Positions 47,555 to 58,307 are shown, counted from the first letter of the stretch. The stretch: 64,000 nucleotides of DNA from Flavobacteriales bacterium (GCA_040377305.1 JBEIPA010000024.1:12954-76953), one strand, 5' to 3'. A program made the numbers and translations. Notes: generated from the letters alone by a model not told the origin.

Positions 47555-48703
47555 ATGTTCAAAAATATAATTCATAAGATTCATTTGTTCCTGGGATTCT
47601 CCAGTGGCATTATTGTTTTCATACTTGCCGTAACCGGATGTATTTACGCTTTCGAGCGGGAGATACAGGATGCAGTACAAGACTACCGATATGTAACTCC
47701 TGAAAATAAGGAGTTTCTTCCACCGAGTGTCCTGAAGCAAAATGCACAGATGGAATTGCCCGACAAAGCAATTCACAGTGTCATTTATGCCGACAAGTCG
47801 CGCGCAGCAGTTATCGTCTTTTATCACTGGGATGAAGTAACAGAAACCGACTACTACTACCTGGCGTACATGAATCCATATTCCGGAGAAGTAATCAAGG
47901 TAAAAGACATGGACTCCGACTTCTTCCGATTCATCCTCGATGGACACTTCTATCTGTGGTTACCGCCGGACATTGGTCAGCCAATTACTGCAATCTCAAC
48001 ACTTGTTTTTGCGGTGATGCTTATTACCGGAATAATTCTCTGGTTTCCTAGAAACAGAGCAGCACGAAAACAACGCTTCACCATTCAGTGGAAAGCAAAA
48101 TGGAGAAGAAAGAACTTTGATCTGCACAGCGTGTTTGGATTCTATTCCATGTTGTTGGCACTTGTATTCGTAATTACCGGGCTTGTGTTTGGCTTCGAGT
48201 GGTTTGCGAAATCATATTACTACACCTTGTCAGGCGGAGAAGAACTCGTAATGTATTACGAACCCCAAAGCGATACCACTGCAAACCAAGTCGTAAAAGA
48301 CATTCCGTTGGTAGATTTTATCTGGCGGAAAACAGCTCGTGAAAATCCGGATGCCGCCACAATCGAGGTTCATTTTCCGGAAACGAACTCCTCGCCCATT
48401 CACGTTGCTACGAACAGTGATAGTAAAACATACTGGCAAGCAGATAATAAGTACTACGATCAGTACACGCTGAAGGAAATCGAAGTCACACATCAGTATG
48501 GTCGTTATGACGAAACCATGTCAACGGCAGATCAACTGATGCGGATGAATTATGATATCCATACAGGCGCTGCATTCGGAATCACCGGAAAAATAATTGC
48601 GTTCCTGATTTCACTGATCATTGCAACATTGCCTTTTACTGGATTCCTCTTATGGTATGGAAGGAAGTATAAGAAGCACAAGACGCTAGTGACAGAACTC
48701 TGA
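47555..48703 (+). CDS. PepSY-associated TM helix domain protein (iron-uptake associated)
   Basis: 'HKIHLFLGFSSG...TGCIY', 'GHFYLWLP', 'DLHSVFGFY', 'YDIHTG'. Confidence 0.9.
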   Translation: MFKNIIHKIHLFLGFSSGIIVFILAVTGCIYAFEREIQDAVQDYRYVTPENKEFLPPSVLKQNAQMELPDKAIHSVIYADKSRAAVIVFYHWDEVTETDYYYLAYMNPYSGEVIKVKDMDSDFFRFILDGHFYLWLPPDIGQPITAISTLVFAVMLITGIILWFPRNRAARKQRFTIQWKAKWRRKNFDLHSVFGFYSMLLALVFVITGLVFGFEWFAKSYYYTLSGGEELVMYYEPQSDTTANQVVKDIPLVDFIWRKTARENPDAATIEVHFPETNSSPIHVATNSDSKTYWQADNKYYDQYTLKEIEVTHQYGRYDETMSTADQLMRMNYDIHTGAAFGITGKIIAFLISLIIATLPFTGFLLWYGRKYKKHKTLVTEL

Positions 48704-48767
48704 TTGCGAGGCTGTCGCAACGCAAAAAGCTTTAATAATGCGAAACTGAGATCAGGTCTACCGAAAT

Positions 48768-49637
48768 CTAAATCTCGAACGGTTGATTGATGATCTCTTT
48801 CCCGTTACACGTATACACAACGTAATAAACTCCCTTTGCCCAGCCTTCAACGTGCAACACGTAATCGAAAGTTGTTTCTCCATCGGGAGCGTGAGACTGG
48901 TTCGGATTTGTGAAGAGTACTTTTCCGTTTGCGTCTTTCACAACACCTTGTAACGTAATTGGAACATCGGAGTTGATTACAATTTCTCCGGTGACTTCTG
49001 TTGGCACGATTACAAATTCACGCTCCGGCGTAATTACAATATTTGATTCCGTGTCGTACCAGGGCATTGGTCGCGCAGTGAGTGCACACACGCGGGTTCG
49101 TAACAAACGCTCCCGTGTTGTGTCTTCATCGCTTTCGATATAACCGATGGGACTCTCGTTGGTGATACACCACACCGCATTCTGAATCATGTCTGCGTTC
49201 CTGATCCCAATCGAATCCATGTAGTTGATTACATTCATCAGTTTGGCGTTCTCGGAAAACCCAAGTGCAAACGTTGAAGTTTCCTTCGAACCGTGGTCAT
49301 CCAGTTCTGTGCAGAATGCTTTTCGCGCTATGAGTTTTTCCTGTCCGGCGTTCAGGACAAATATTTCGTCTTCACTGGTGATCAGCGTTTGTTCATCCGT
49401 TATATCCGGAACAAACAAAGTTCCTTTCGGCATGATGATCTTCACCTTTGCACCGGAAATGTTTTTCACATTCACTTGAATTGCATCCCAACCAGTCTTA
49501 CCAAAAGGAAGAATTTCAACTTTGACTTTTCCTTGTGCAATCGCTTGCGCCAGCGTAATGTTGGAATCAGCAAAACTGAAAGATGCGACAGCAATTCCGA
49601 AGAATGCCAGGAGAAAGAAGTTCAGTAGAGTTTTCAT
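48768..49637 (-). CDS. secreted hypothetical protein (paralogue A; FC...QxxVW motifs)
   Basis: Signal peptide, 289 aa, clearly paralogous to 50151-51020. Confidence 0.8.
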   Translation of the reverse strand: MKTLLNFFLLAFFGIAVASFSFADSNITLAQAIAQGKVKVEILPFGKTGWDAIQVNVKNISGAKVKIIMPKGTLFVPDITDEQTLITSEDEIFVLNAGQEKLIARKAFCTELDDHGSKETSTFALGFSENAKLMNVINYMDSIGIRNADMIQNAVWCITNESPIGYIESDEDTTRERLLRTRVCALTARPMPWYDTESNIVITPEREFVIVPTEVTGEIVINSDVPITLQGVVKDANGKVLFTNPNQSHAPDGETTFDYVLHVEGWAKGVYYVVYTCNGKEIINQPFEI

Positions 49638-50068
49638 TAGAGTAAGATAAAGTAATTCTCCTCAACGATTTCCATGCCAACGATAAATAATATCGAAGTA
49701 TACCACGAACTACGTAGATTCTTCCCTTCCACTTTTTTAGAAAAAGTGGAGCAAAAATCGGTCGCTTAATATTTTCATTCAATTTTTCTCGTCTACACGT
49801 GCGCCGCGTACCTAGGCGCGATGTTGCCTTAATTAAGATATGTACTTTGGAGCAACAACATTGTACTTCCATGATGTTCATTCGCCGCGCTTGGTCCGCT
49901 TAAAGCGCCCGTTTCAACGGAAAAATCGCCTGAAAATATTTTGCGCCCACCACCGCAGAACAGTTCGGTACACTGAGGGCCGCTTGAGGGGAGTGCCTTG
50001 TAAGTATGGCTTGCAACTCAATGACCACGAGCAAAGCGAGTGCATCCAATAAAGAAATAGTGAGCTGA

Positions 50069-50095
50069 TAACCGTGTGGCTTCAGCCCACGGTTA
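50069..50095. repeat. REP-like hairpin
   Basis: TAACCGTGTGGC-TTCA-GCCCACGGTTA. Confidence 0.5.
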
Positions 50096-50150
50096 GAAGT
50101 AGCTATTGCCTGCATGAGGGATCCCGCGGCTATAGAAACATGGGCGAAAA

Positions 50151-51020
50151 TTAAAGCTCAAATTCCTGATTAATAATTTCCTTCCCGCGATCGTTGTACA
50201 CCACGTAATATTTTCCGGGCTCCCAACCTTCTACCGTGAGCTTATACCAGAAAGTAACATTGCCGCGCGGACCTGCGATCGTGTTCGGGTTGGTCCACAC
50301 CACTTTTCCGGTGCTGTCTTTTACAACGCCTTGCATATTCACTGCGTCTTTCGAATAGAACGACAATTCACCTTCAACTGTCTTCGAAAGAATGACGAAT
50401 TCCCGTTCAGGCGTTCGCTCAATGACTGCATCCGTTTCATACCACGGCATGTTTTGTCCGGTGAGAGAAACAAGTCGCTCCCGCAGCTTGCGTTCCTTAA
50501 TCGTATCGCCAAGATTGATGTATCCAATGGAATTGTTGTCTGTTACACACCAGATGGAATGTTGCACCACACTCTGGTCGGTGATCTTGAGCGAATCCAT
50601 GAACTTCACAATATTCAACAGCTTATCGTTCTTCGATAATCCCAATTTGAAGGTTGATTCATCTCCAGAGCAGCCGTCGTGATACTCTGTACAAAATCCG
50701 GGGCGAACTATCTGTTTCTGCTGTCCCGCATTCAGAGCAAACACTTCATCTCCATTTGTAATCAACGTCTGTTCTCCTTCGTCGTCGGGAATAAATATCG
50801 TTCCCTTCGGCATGATGAGTTTGAGTGTTTTACCTGAGACATTTTTTACATTCACCCGAAGTCCGGTGTCGTAACCATCAGGTCCGAATTCCGGCATCGT
50901 TACCTGCACTTTATTCTGTGCAATGGCATCCTGTAAGGTAATGGTGTTGTCGGCGAAGCTGAATGATGCGAAAGCAATACCCAGCACGGCAATCACACAG
51001 AAGTTGATTAGCGTTTTCAT
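50151..51020 (-). CDS. secreted hypothetical protein (paralogue B)
   Basis: Signal peptide, 289 aa; shares 'MPKGT.F.PD...EQTLIT', 'FCTE', 'WC.T', 'MPWY.T', 'VEGW..G.YYVVY' with paralogue A. Confidence 0.8.
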   Translation of the reverse strand: MKTLINFCVIAVLGIAFASFSFADNTITLQDAIAQNKVQVTMPEFGPDGYDTGLRVNVKNVSGKTLKLIMPKGTIFIPDDEGEQTLITNGDEVFALNAGQQKQIVRPGFCTEYHDGCSGDESTFKLGLSKNDKLLNIVKFMDSLKITDQSVVQHSIWCVTDNNSIGYINLGDTIKERKLRERLVSLTGQNMPWYETDAVIERTPEREFVILSKTVEGELSFYSKDAVNMQGVVKDSTGKVVWTNPNTIAGPRGNVTFWYKLTVEGWEPGKYYVVYNDRGKEIINQEFEL

Positions 51021-51120
51021 GTGTTATCCAATAAGATGATTAATGGGCCAGGTATTGGTTTAACGCACTACTGTTTGGTTTATTGTGCGACTGTACTCCA
51101 CCCATCGGGTTTTGCTCAAC

Positions 51121-51183
51121 CGAGAACTGAGAACCGAGAACTGAGAACCGAGAACTGAGAACCGAGAACCGAGAACTGAGAAC
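51121..51183. repeat. heptamer tandem repeat (YGAGAAC)x9
   Basis: CGAGAAC/TGAGAAC units directly upstream of the VOC gene promoter region. Confidence 0.9.
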
Positions 51184-51203
51184 ATTTCGTATTTTCGGAA
51201 CCT

Positions 51204-51629
51204 ATGGAACACACCGCATTAGTTTGGCTTCACATTCCCGCTGAGAATCTGCAACGGGCTTCAGAATTTTACACAAACGTTTTTGGATTCGAATTCTTCA
51301 TTGAACAGCTCAACAATATTCCGCACGCGGTTTTCAAGCCCGATGCAAAAGGACGTAAACCCGTGAACGGTGCACTTGTTGAAGTGAAAGAATTCACGCG
51401 AGGTAATTCCTGCGTGTTATTTTTCGATGCCACCGGAAAATTTGAATTCCTGTCAGAGAATATTGAGAAGTTCGGCGGAACAATTCTGATTAAGAAAACG
51501 CTCATCACGAAAAAGATCGACGCTACTTCCGGATATATTCCGAATACCTACATCGACGACAAGCCAGGCTATTTTATGCATTTCCTCGATAGCGAAGGAA
51601 ATAAAATGGGACTGTACGGAGCACACTAA
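51204..51629 (+). CDS. VOC (glyoxalase/bleomycin resistance) family protein
   Basis: 'WLHIPAENLQRASEFYTNVFG...FLDSEGNKMGL'. Confidence 0.88.
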   Translation: MEHTALVWLHIPAENLQRASEFYTNVFGFEFFIEQLNNIPHAVFKPDAKGRKPVNGALVEVKEFTRGNSCVLFFDATGKFEFLSENIEKFGGTILIKKTLITKKIDATSGYIPNTYIDDKPGYFMHFLDSEGNKMGLYGAH

Positions 51630-51681
51630 TCACCTGGTTAATTCGGTGCATTAGACAAGAAACCTTTTCAGGTGGTAACAA

Positions 51682-51717
51682 AAAACGCCGGTATATCTTT
51701 CGACATACCGACGTTTC
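51682..51717. terminator. probable bidirectional terminator
   Basis: AAACGCCGGTAT...ATACCGACGTTT between convergent genes. Confidence 0.5.
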
Positions 51718-51732
51718 CATTCGTGTTACTTT

Positions 51733-54015
51733 TTATGATTTAATGATTGGCTTATTCACCACTTCATTGGTAATTACGTTTGTGATGCGGATTGTGTAAG
51801 AACCCAACTCGAAGCTTCTGAAGTCGATCTGGTTTCTTGCTTCTGCATTCGAGAATGAATTCACAAGACGACCGCTAGCATCAAACACTTCGTAAGTGAA
51901 CATGTCTGCGCTGTTAACCGGAACCTCCGTGTAAACAAAATCCGTTGTTGGATTCGGATATACATTGATTACTGTGATTGGATGCTCAGGAGTTGAAAGC
52001 GGGCTCAAAGAATCAACCACTGCAAATGCCCCACCTGCGCTTGTAATTCCCATGCGCATAATTCCATACGTGCTGAATGAATCCGGCATCGCCTGACCAA
52101 GCATGTATGAATCCCACATTGAAGTCGCGGTGTCGTAGTTTTTGATGTAGCTGAAGTTGCGATCAAAACCATTTACTTCGCTTGCAACTGTCCACAACAA
52201 CATCATATCCATGTTCAGTAACATTGCGGTATCCGGCTCCACCACCCATGTTTTGTTTACAACACTTTGTGTAGTTGAAACGTCAGTTCCTGTTTCACCA
52301 TTTGTGTAAACACCATCTTTCACGCGAACTGTAATGAATCCTGGTAGTGCCGGAGTATGGTTTGAGATTTCCACTGGAGCGTAGTCATCCATTGTTCCGA
52401 TTGGATACTCAACCGGAATTGAATTCACCGGATTGAACCAACGCAAGCCACCTGTGTTTTCTGTGATGATGTAAGTGCTGTCTGTAGCATTCATGTACAC
52501 GGCATTGGTACCGAGTGTAAGATCCCAGTTTGTAAGATAGATACGACCGCTTACCATATTCAGGTAATGGTGTACAGATGCATTGTATGACATGAACGTG
52601 ATGTATTCGTCAGAAGGAATATCAATTGTCAGATCATGGAAAGATGGTGACGTTTGTCCGATCCACAACGTATCGCCCAAAGCACTGATCTGCGAGAACG
52701 TTACGTTTGAAAGAGATGTCGACAAGAAACGGCTATCCGATTCCTGGTGAAATCCGCCAGTGAATTCAATGTCAAAAGTATCGAGATTGAACCAGCCTTT
52801 TGAAAGGATAAAGTTTCCCGGGACTGTGACATCCTGTGTGAGGTTGATGCGTGAATTATTGAGCCACGTGTAAACGACTAGATCATTCAGGCCAGAACCT
52901 GAAAGTTCAATACCAGTCCACAAAGAGTCGCCCATATAACCAACGTTATACATTTGAGTTGCGTCGAACGTGCCTTGATTCGCCATTTGTCCCATGATGC
53001 GTGTAATCCAGGCACCGGTACCAATTGTGAAATCTCCATTTACATCAATTACAAACCAGCCTTGTTCAAGCATCAGTGTTCCTGTAACCGTGAGTTCGTT
53101 CTCCAGATGCACCGCATGTGTATCATTGTTAATAATGAGCTCATCGAGTGTTGAACCCGGGGTAAACTCTAACGTGCTGGTGAGTTGTTGTGTACCTGCC
53201 ATAACAAGGTCAGATAGTCCGGCTGACTGAAACAGTGCACCCGCGCTACGATTCAAATCGCCGAGCAAACGCAAACGTTGTGCGTTCAATGCTACGATAC
53301 CGGATGTCATTTCCATTAATCCGTTCACAGTAGTGAGGGCACTGAGTGTGAGGATTTGAGTATTGTTAGTAAGAGATACGTGCAGGTCACCAACGAATAC
53401 GGAGTTCAATTCTTCTCCGGAAACCTTTGTTGCGCCAAAATACCAAACGTCATAAAGTGCAACGGTAGTAAAAAGACCGCCACCGTTTGTAAGCGTGCCG
53501 TTATTTACACGAACTGTTGAATTACCCATCAACTGAAGATCACTTCCGCTTGCGATCACCATTGACCCTTGTTCAAGGTCGAGTGTATCGTAAACCATAG
53601 TCACACCACCTAGAGGAACTGCTCCACCTGCCGCGCGAAACACCTGCGTAACCAACATTCCGGTATAGGAGTAAACCGTAGTTATAGCGGCGATGTTGAG
53701 GCGGTGAATATCTACAGTACCTGCGCCTGTAAAAGTTCCGGCGTTCATTTGTAGTGAGCGATTAGATGTTGTCATAAGTGTTCCGCTCACACCAAACTGA
53801 TTCAGTAGACCCGTAAAGTCAACATCGACATCCAGGTCAACGTTGATTCCGGCTGGTATAATGATATCCTGATTAAAGACAGTTGATCCTGGAGCGATTC
53901 CTCCCCATGTTGCAGGATTAGACCATGCACCTGAGGTCACAGCAGTAAACGCATTGAGGTTGCCTGTGATAAGCATCCCTCCTATTAACATTAAGCTAAG
54001 TATGATTTTTTTCAT
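51733..54015 (-). CDS. T9SS type A sorting domain protein (beta-helix-like, G8-like N-terminus)
   Basis: Signal peptide, 'SGAWSNPATWGG', C-terminal 'VYPNPT...VFDASGRLV...GSYTIRI...IIKS'. Confidence 0.88.
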   Translation of the reverse strand: MKKIILSLMLIGGMLITGNLNAFTAVTSGAWSNPATWGGIAPGSTVFNQDIIIPAGINVDLDVDVDFTGLLNQFGVSGTLMTTSNRSLQMNAGTFTGAGTVDIHRLNIAAITTVYSYTGMLVTQVFRAAGGAVPLGGVTMVYDTLDLEQGSMVIASGSDLQLMGNSTVRVNNGTLTNGGGLFTTVALYDVWYFGATKVSGEELNSVFVGDLHVSLTNNTQILTLSALTTVNGLMEMTSGIVALNAQRLRLLGDLNRSAGALFQSAGLSDLVMAGTQQLTSTLEFTPGSTLDELIINNDTHAVHLENELTVTGTLMLEQGWFVIDVNGDFTIGTGAWITRIMGQMANQGTFDATQMYNVGYMGDSLWTGIELSGSGLNDLVVYTWLNNSRINLTQDVTVPGNFILSKGWFNLDTFDIEFTGGFHQESDSRFLSTSLSNVTFSQISALGDTLWIGQTSPSFHDLTIDIPSDEYITFMSYNASVHHYLNMVSGRIYLTNWDLTLGTNAVYMNATDSTYIITENTGGLRWFNPVNSIPVEYPIGTMDDYAPVEISNHTPALPGFITVRVKDGVYTNGETGTDVSTTQSVVNKTWVVEPDTAMLLNMDMMLLWTVASEVNGFDRNFSYIKNYDTATSMWDSYMLGQAMPDSFSTYGIMRMGITSAGGAFAVVDSLSPLSTPEHPITVINVYPNPTTDFVYTEVPVNSADMFTYEVFDASGRLVNSFSNAEARNQIDFRSFELGSYTIRITNVITNEVVNKPIIKS

Positions 54016-54286
54016 TGTATTTGATTTTGATTTTGATTCGAATGACTACAAATACGTGCCACTATCTACCCCCTATCAAATAGATGAGTTTCTGCGCTTT
54101 ACGAATTCGGCAGGAATGTGGAGTGCATGACGATGGTACAGAATGGGGAATCTGTTTCACACGTTTGACCTTACTTTCGACATTTCATCCTTTACATTCC
54201 GGAATTTCCAGAGTAGGAATGAAATTGAAAATCAACAGGGCGTTCGTATGTTTGTGTAATAACCCCGCTTACTATTTCCCTTTTTC

Positions 54287-54799
54287 GTGAGCACCATACT
54301 CCATCATACAGAGGTACCTAAGTCTTCGGCATCCAACGGTGAAAAATCGTTGTCGATGTTGTATGACGAATATGCTGCTGTGGTTTTGGGATTCCTCGAA
54401 AAGCTGACCGGTGATAAAAGCAAGTCCGAAGAACTGCTTCAGGCTGTGTTTTTGGCTCTGCCCGCTAAGCTCCACGAATACGATGGGCAGAAAGGCCGAT
54501 TTGTGCCCTGGCTCCTCAAACTTGCCGTGACAACTGCTGGGCAAGGTCAAAATAGTGCTGATTCTAAGACGAATGGAAACAATGGGTCGACCAATCACCC
54601 AATCCGTGAAGAGGTTAAAAACGTAGATTCTACTGCTAATTACGCTTCCCGCACACTTTCTTCGGGAACAGAATTGTCTGCAGTGGAACTAATTTATGTG
54701 AAAGGCTATACTTTTGCTCAGGCCGCTGCCGAGTTTGGTGTTGATGAACGTTCAGTACAATTGCTGGTGAGAAAAGAACTTAAAAAATATCGTCTCTGA
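54287..54799 (+). CDS. ECF-type sigma factor (divergent)
   Basis: 'LYDEYAAVVLG...SEELLQAVFL...YDGQKGRFVPWLLKLA' (region 2); 'VELIYVKGYTFAQAAAEFG' (region 4). Confidence 0.7.
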   Translation: MSTILHHTEVPKSSASNGEKSLSMLYDEYAAVVLGFLEKLTGDKSKSEELLQAVFLALPAKLHEYDGQKGRFVPWLLKLAVTTAGQGQNSADSKTNGNNGSTNHPIREEVKNVDSTANYASRTLSSGTELSAVELIYVKGYTFAQAAAEFGVDERSVQLLVRKELKKYRL

Positions 54800-54803
54800 T
54801 TCT

Positions 54804-55415
54804 ATGCAGAAGATATCTGAATATATAGAATCAGGAATCCTTGAACTTTACGTGATGGGGATGCTCTCCGCTGCAGAAGCTGTTGAAGTGGAGAAGATGA
54901 TGGCTATGCATCCTGAAGTGTTGACGGAAGTAAACGCGATTGAGTTGTCACTCGAAAAATATGCCCAGGCAAATGCGGTTGAACCTCATGCTACGGTAAA
55001 ACCATTGCTGCTTGCGACCATCGATTACATGCAACGACTCGGAAGCGGTGAAGCACCTTCGGATCCGCCGATCATGAACGAGCATACGACGATTGCCGAT
55101 TTTTCTGAATGGATCAATCGCGCGGATTTTCAGAATCCGGAAAACGTCGACGATATTCATGTGAAGCTAATTGCTCACACGCCACAAGCCACAACCGCCA
55201 TTGTTTGGATGAAGTACACGGCACCGGATGAAGTTCACCACAATGAGCACGAGAAGTTCCTCATCTTAGAAGGGACGTGCAACATTCACGTAGACGACAA
55301 AATTTACGGACTGAAGGCTGGAGATTATTTCCAGATTCCGTTGCATTCAGATCACAAAGTTGAAGTGACGAGCAAGATTGCCTGTAAGGTGGTGTTGCAG
55401 CGAGTGGCGGCGTAG
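54804..55415 (+). CDS. anti-sigma factor with C-terminal cupin domain
   Basis: 'YIESGILELYVMG' anti-sigma N-terminus; 'EVHHNEHEKFLILEG...PLHSDH' cupin. Confidence 0.8.
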   Translation: MQKISEYIESGILELYVMGMLSAAEAVEVEKMMAMHPEVLTEVNAIELSLEKYAQANAVEPHATVKPLLLATIDYMQRLGSGEAPSDPPIMNEHTTIADFSEWINRADFQNPENVDDIHVKLIAHTPQATTAIVWMKYTAPDEVHHNEHEKFLILEGTCNIHVDDKIYGLKAGDYFQIPLHSDHKVEVTSKIACKVVLQRVAA

Positions 55416-55456
55416 TACTCCAATTCAATTTTCGATTTTGCTTTCAGTTCGGCGCG

Positions 55457-56017
55457 TTAATCCGCACCATTGCGTGACTTGAGATTCGCATTACAGAACT
55501 CCCTGAATTGCTTATACTCTGCCTGAGAAACAAACTGACGGGCAACTGTGATTCCATACGTCGCTGTGCCGTATGAATGAATTACCACGGCTTCAGGATA
55601 TTCAGTGAATGTTTCAAAACACGACCATTTATACGCGGCACTAAGTTCTGCATCGCAGTAATGAATGCGGTCCGTTGAAATCTCCAACGTCCATTGACCC
55701 TGCTGATTCTTGTGCTCAATTGCTCTCCTGTAATCAGTCGACGACTTCTTTCTGTGATGTCTGGAGAGACTGACTCCGGCAATTGCGAGTACTCCCATCA
55801 CCGCACCAGAAAATGTATAAATATTCCAGATGGAAAGTGCCCCTTTCGCCTCCGTTATACCATAGATAAAAGTCACAATTGCAACAGCGAACATCACCAA
55901 CTGCGCTTGTGTTGACCTACGATAATAAATTTTAAGTGCCTGCGCATTGAGCACTAACAGATGGTCGTGACTGTTTCCCGTAGTTTTTATATTCATGGTT
56001 GCCGATGATTCACTCAT
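55457..56017 (-). CDS. YcxB-like 2-TM membrane protein
   Basis: Two TM segments followed by 'LEISTDRIHY...AAYKWS'. Confidence 0.6.
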   Translation of the reverse strand: MSESSATMNIKTTGNSHDHLLVLNAQALKIYYRRSTQAQLVMFAVAIVTFIYGITEAKGALSIWNIYTFSGAVMGVLAIAGVSLSRHHRKKSSTDYRRAIEHKNQQGQWTLEISTDRIHYCDAELSAAYKWSCFETFTEYPEAVVIHSYGTATYGITVARQFVSQAEYKQFREFCNANLKSRNGAD

Positions 56018-58010
56018 TGTAAGAATCCATTATCCCCTGGGGAAAATATTCACGCTTGCGCCAGAACTGGGCGGGGTTGACTGAGCCGGAGATTTCGTTG
56101 CTGTAGATGTATTGCTCTTTCTCCTGCGCAGGTGATTCTTTATAGCTCAGCTTCGCACGAAGTAAGGTCCTGGTGCTTCCTTCGTATACAGGCATGGTTA
56201 AGGACCAAAATTTCTGGGATGGCAAATACAACGTGTGATAGCTATTGCCACACCAGCTGTGTGGAAGGTATTCGACATCTTTCCATTCCCCATCGTTATT
56301 CTTAGCCTGAATGATCATGTTGAGCCGGGAATTCTCCGCAGGGAAAAGCATTTTTGTTTTCGAATCGTTAATGATATACACCTGCAATCCGCGTGAATAA
56401 TTGAACCACATGGATGATTTGCCTGTATCGATGATCACCTGAAATTTTCCCTTCTCGTAATCTGCGCGCTGTAACACGAGAGAACTGTACATGTTGTCGT
56501 ATGTGCCCCATCCGCCAAGTCCATCCATGTCTTCGTCACGCGGACTGGATGCCATGAAATATCCCCGGTTCATGTAGTCAATGTTCAACGAGGTCTTTCC
56601 GTTTTGTGATTCCTTGTTGTATTTCCACACATGCTCACCTTTGTGATTCATGTAACCCCACGTCGAGGTCTCCTTGTCTATGTCAGTATAAAGCATAACC
56701 TCAATCAGTTCATCCCGGAACGTAGTGTGATCTGCATCCGCTAACCAAAATTTTGCCAGCGTAGTATCTCCATCCAGCCAGATATACCGAAGCCGACTCT
56801 CGCCCAGGAGTACGTCATCTCCTACTCGCGTAACCTCGCGGTCGTAATACCTTTTCTTTGGTTGGTGTGAAAGCACAATTCCATTCGTATCAATGAACAT
56901 CCATCCCTCAGAGGCTGTCATCACAAGTGCTTTATCATTCTCGAACACGTCAGAATGATTTCCATACATCGCTCCGTTCACGTAATCATAAATCCCGGTA
57001 CCTATTTTTTTCCCGGCACGATCAATCATCACCCATTTTCGCATGTGATCCATGGCAAATGCTCTCCCGTGACTGAATCTGGAAATGTCTTTCCAATTCT
57101 TGTTGGAAAAAATAATTTCACCCTTTCGATTTACAACGCCCGGATAATCATTATCGGAAGTCCACTTTTTCAGCGAATCCGGATTCTGTTTGTACACGAA
57201 AATCGTCATCAATCCTTCACTGTAACTGGCCTCGGTGTAATCAGGATGCCATACATTTCGCGGAACTGAATAAACTATGTTTCCTTTGGTGTCGATGCAA
57301 TTCCATTCAGTTTTCTCCTGCCTGTTGTTCGGATCTTTTGTTTTCAGGGTTGCAATAGAAAGTCCATCCGAATAGTCAGCTATTTCCCGATATATATCGA
57401 ATTCCACCACCAGATTTCCGAGTGAGTCAATTACGCCCGGTTCTCGATCGCGATAAGCCTTACTTTCAACATATTTTATCGCAACAGAAACTCCGTCGTG
57501 AAAAACTCCGATTTCTTCAAAATCCGGAGCAGTTAATTGTTTTCCTGAAATATCAATCAGACATATTTTCCCTTCTTTCGTTTCCGCTGCTGCGTACGTG
57601 TGCTCTCCGTAATTCCCGATAGTAGTGAACCCATGCTCAAATAGTTTCTTTCCGCTACGATCGATGTAGTACGGTTTTCCGTTCAGGTAAACGCGTGCAC
57701 GGCCGTTGACAAAAGGCTCAGCATAATCATATTGCTCAGCGATCAGAAATTTTCCGTTCCGATCTATGTATCCGTACAAGCCGCTCTTACGCACAGCCGC
57801 TAGTCCTTCCGAAAAATCCTGTGCTGAATAATAGTTTGCCGGAAGAATTACGTTACCCGTTTTATCAATAAATCCCCATTTGCCATTTTCTGAAATGAGA
57901 TAAAGTGTCTTTTTCTCGGTGGAAATTTCGCTGCCACCGTCCTGAAAATAGAATGAGCAACACAACAGTATCGCTAAGACGGAATAACTGAGGATACGAA
58001 CAGGCTTCAT
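56010..58010 (-). CDS. WG repeat-containing protein
   Basis: Repeats 'GKWGFIDKTG...FSEGLAAV...GLYGYIDRNG'. Confidence 0.88.
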   Translation of the reverse strand: MKPVRILSYSVLAILLCCSFYFQDGGSEISTEKKTLYLISENGKWGFIDKTGNVILPANYYSAQDFSEGLAAVRKSGLYGYIDRNGKFLIAEQYDYAEPFVNGRARVYLNGKPYYIDRSGKKLFEHGFTTIGNYGEHTYAAAETKEGKICLIDISGKQLTAPDFEEIGVFHDGVSVAIKYVESKAYRDREPGVIDSLGNLVVEFDIYREIADYSDGLSIATLKTKDPNNRQEKTEWNCIDTKGNIVYSVPRNVWHPDYTEASYSEGLMTIFVYKQNPDSLKKWTSDNDYPGVVNRKGEIIFSNKNWKDISRFSHGRAFAMDHMRKWVMIDRAGKKIGTGIYDYVNGAMYGNHSDVFENDKALVMTASEGWMFIDTNGIVLSHQPKKRYYDREVTRVGDDVLLGESRLRYIWLDGDTTLAKFWLADADHTTFRDELIEVMLYTDIDKETSTWGYMNHKGEHVWKYNKESQNGKTSLNIDYMNRGYFMASSPRDEDMDGLGGWGTYDNMYSSLVLQRADYEKGKFQVIIDTGKSSMWFNYSRGLQVYIINDSKTKMLFPAENSRLNMIIQAKNNDGEWKDVEYLPHSWCGNSYHTLYLPSQKFWSLTMPVYEGSTRTLLRAKLSYKESPAQEKEQYIYSNEISGSVNPAQFWRKREYFPQGIMDSYNE

Positions 58011-58073
58011 GGTTGGCGGCTTTGTAGGTATAAGACGCGTGACGAATAAAGTTACATAAATGCCCGTGGTAGC

Positions 58074-58307
58074 TTATACTCTCGCCTTGTAAATCTTCCG
58101 CATCGCAAACTTTCCGCAGCCCGGACATTTCACACCACTGTAGGGCTCGCCGTATGCTTTGTAACGTATTCCTCCAATCTCCCAGATGTCGGAAGTCTTG
58201 CCACACGCGCAATCAAACTTGTAGGTCTGCGAATCGGCTTTCATTTTTTCAAATGTGGCAGCCGATGTAAACCATTTTAGTATTTTCTGTGCGGTGCTGA
58301 GGGACAT
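58074..58307 (-). CDS. small zinc-ribbon protein
   Basis: MSLSTAQK start; 'CACG...WEIGGIRYKA...CPGCGK'. Confidence 0.7.
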   Translation of the reverse strand: MSLSTAQKILKWFTSAATFEKMKADSQTYKFDCACGKTSDIWEIGGIRYKAYGEPYSGVKCPGCGKFAMRKIYKARV

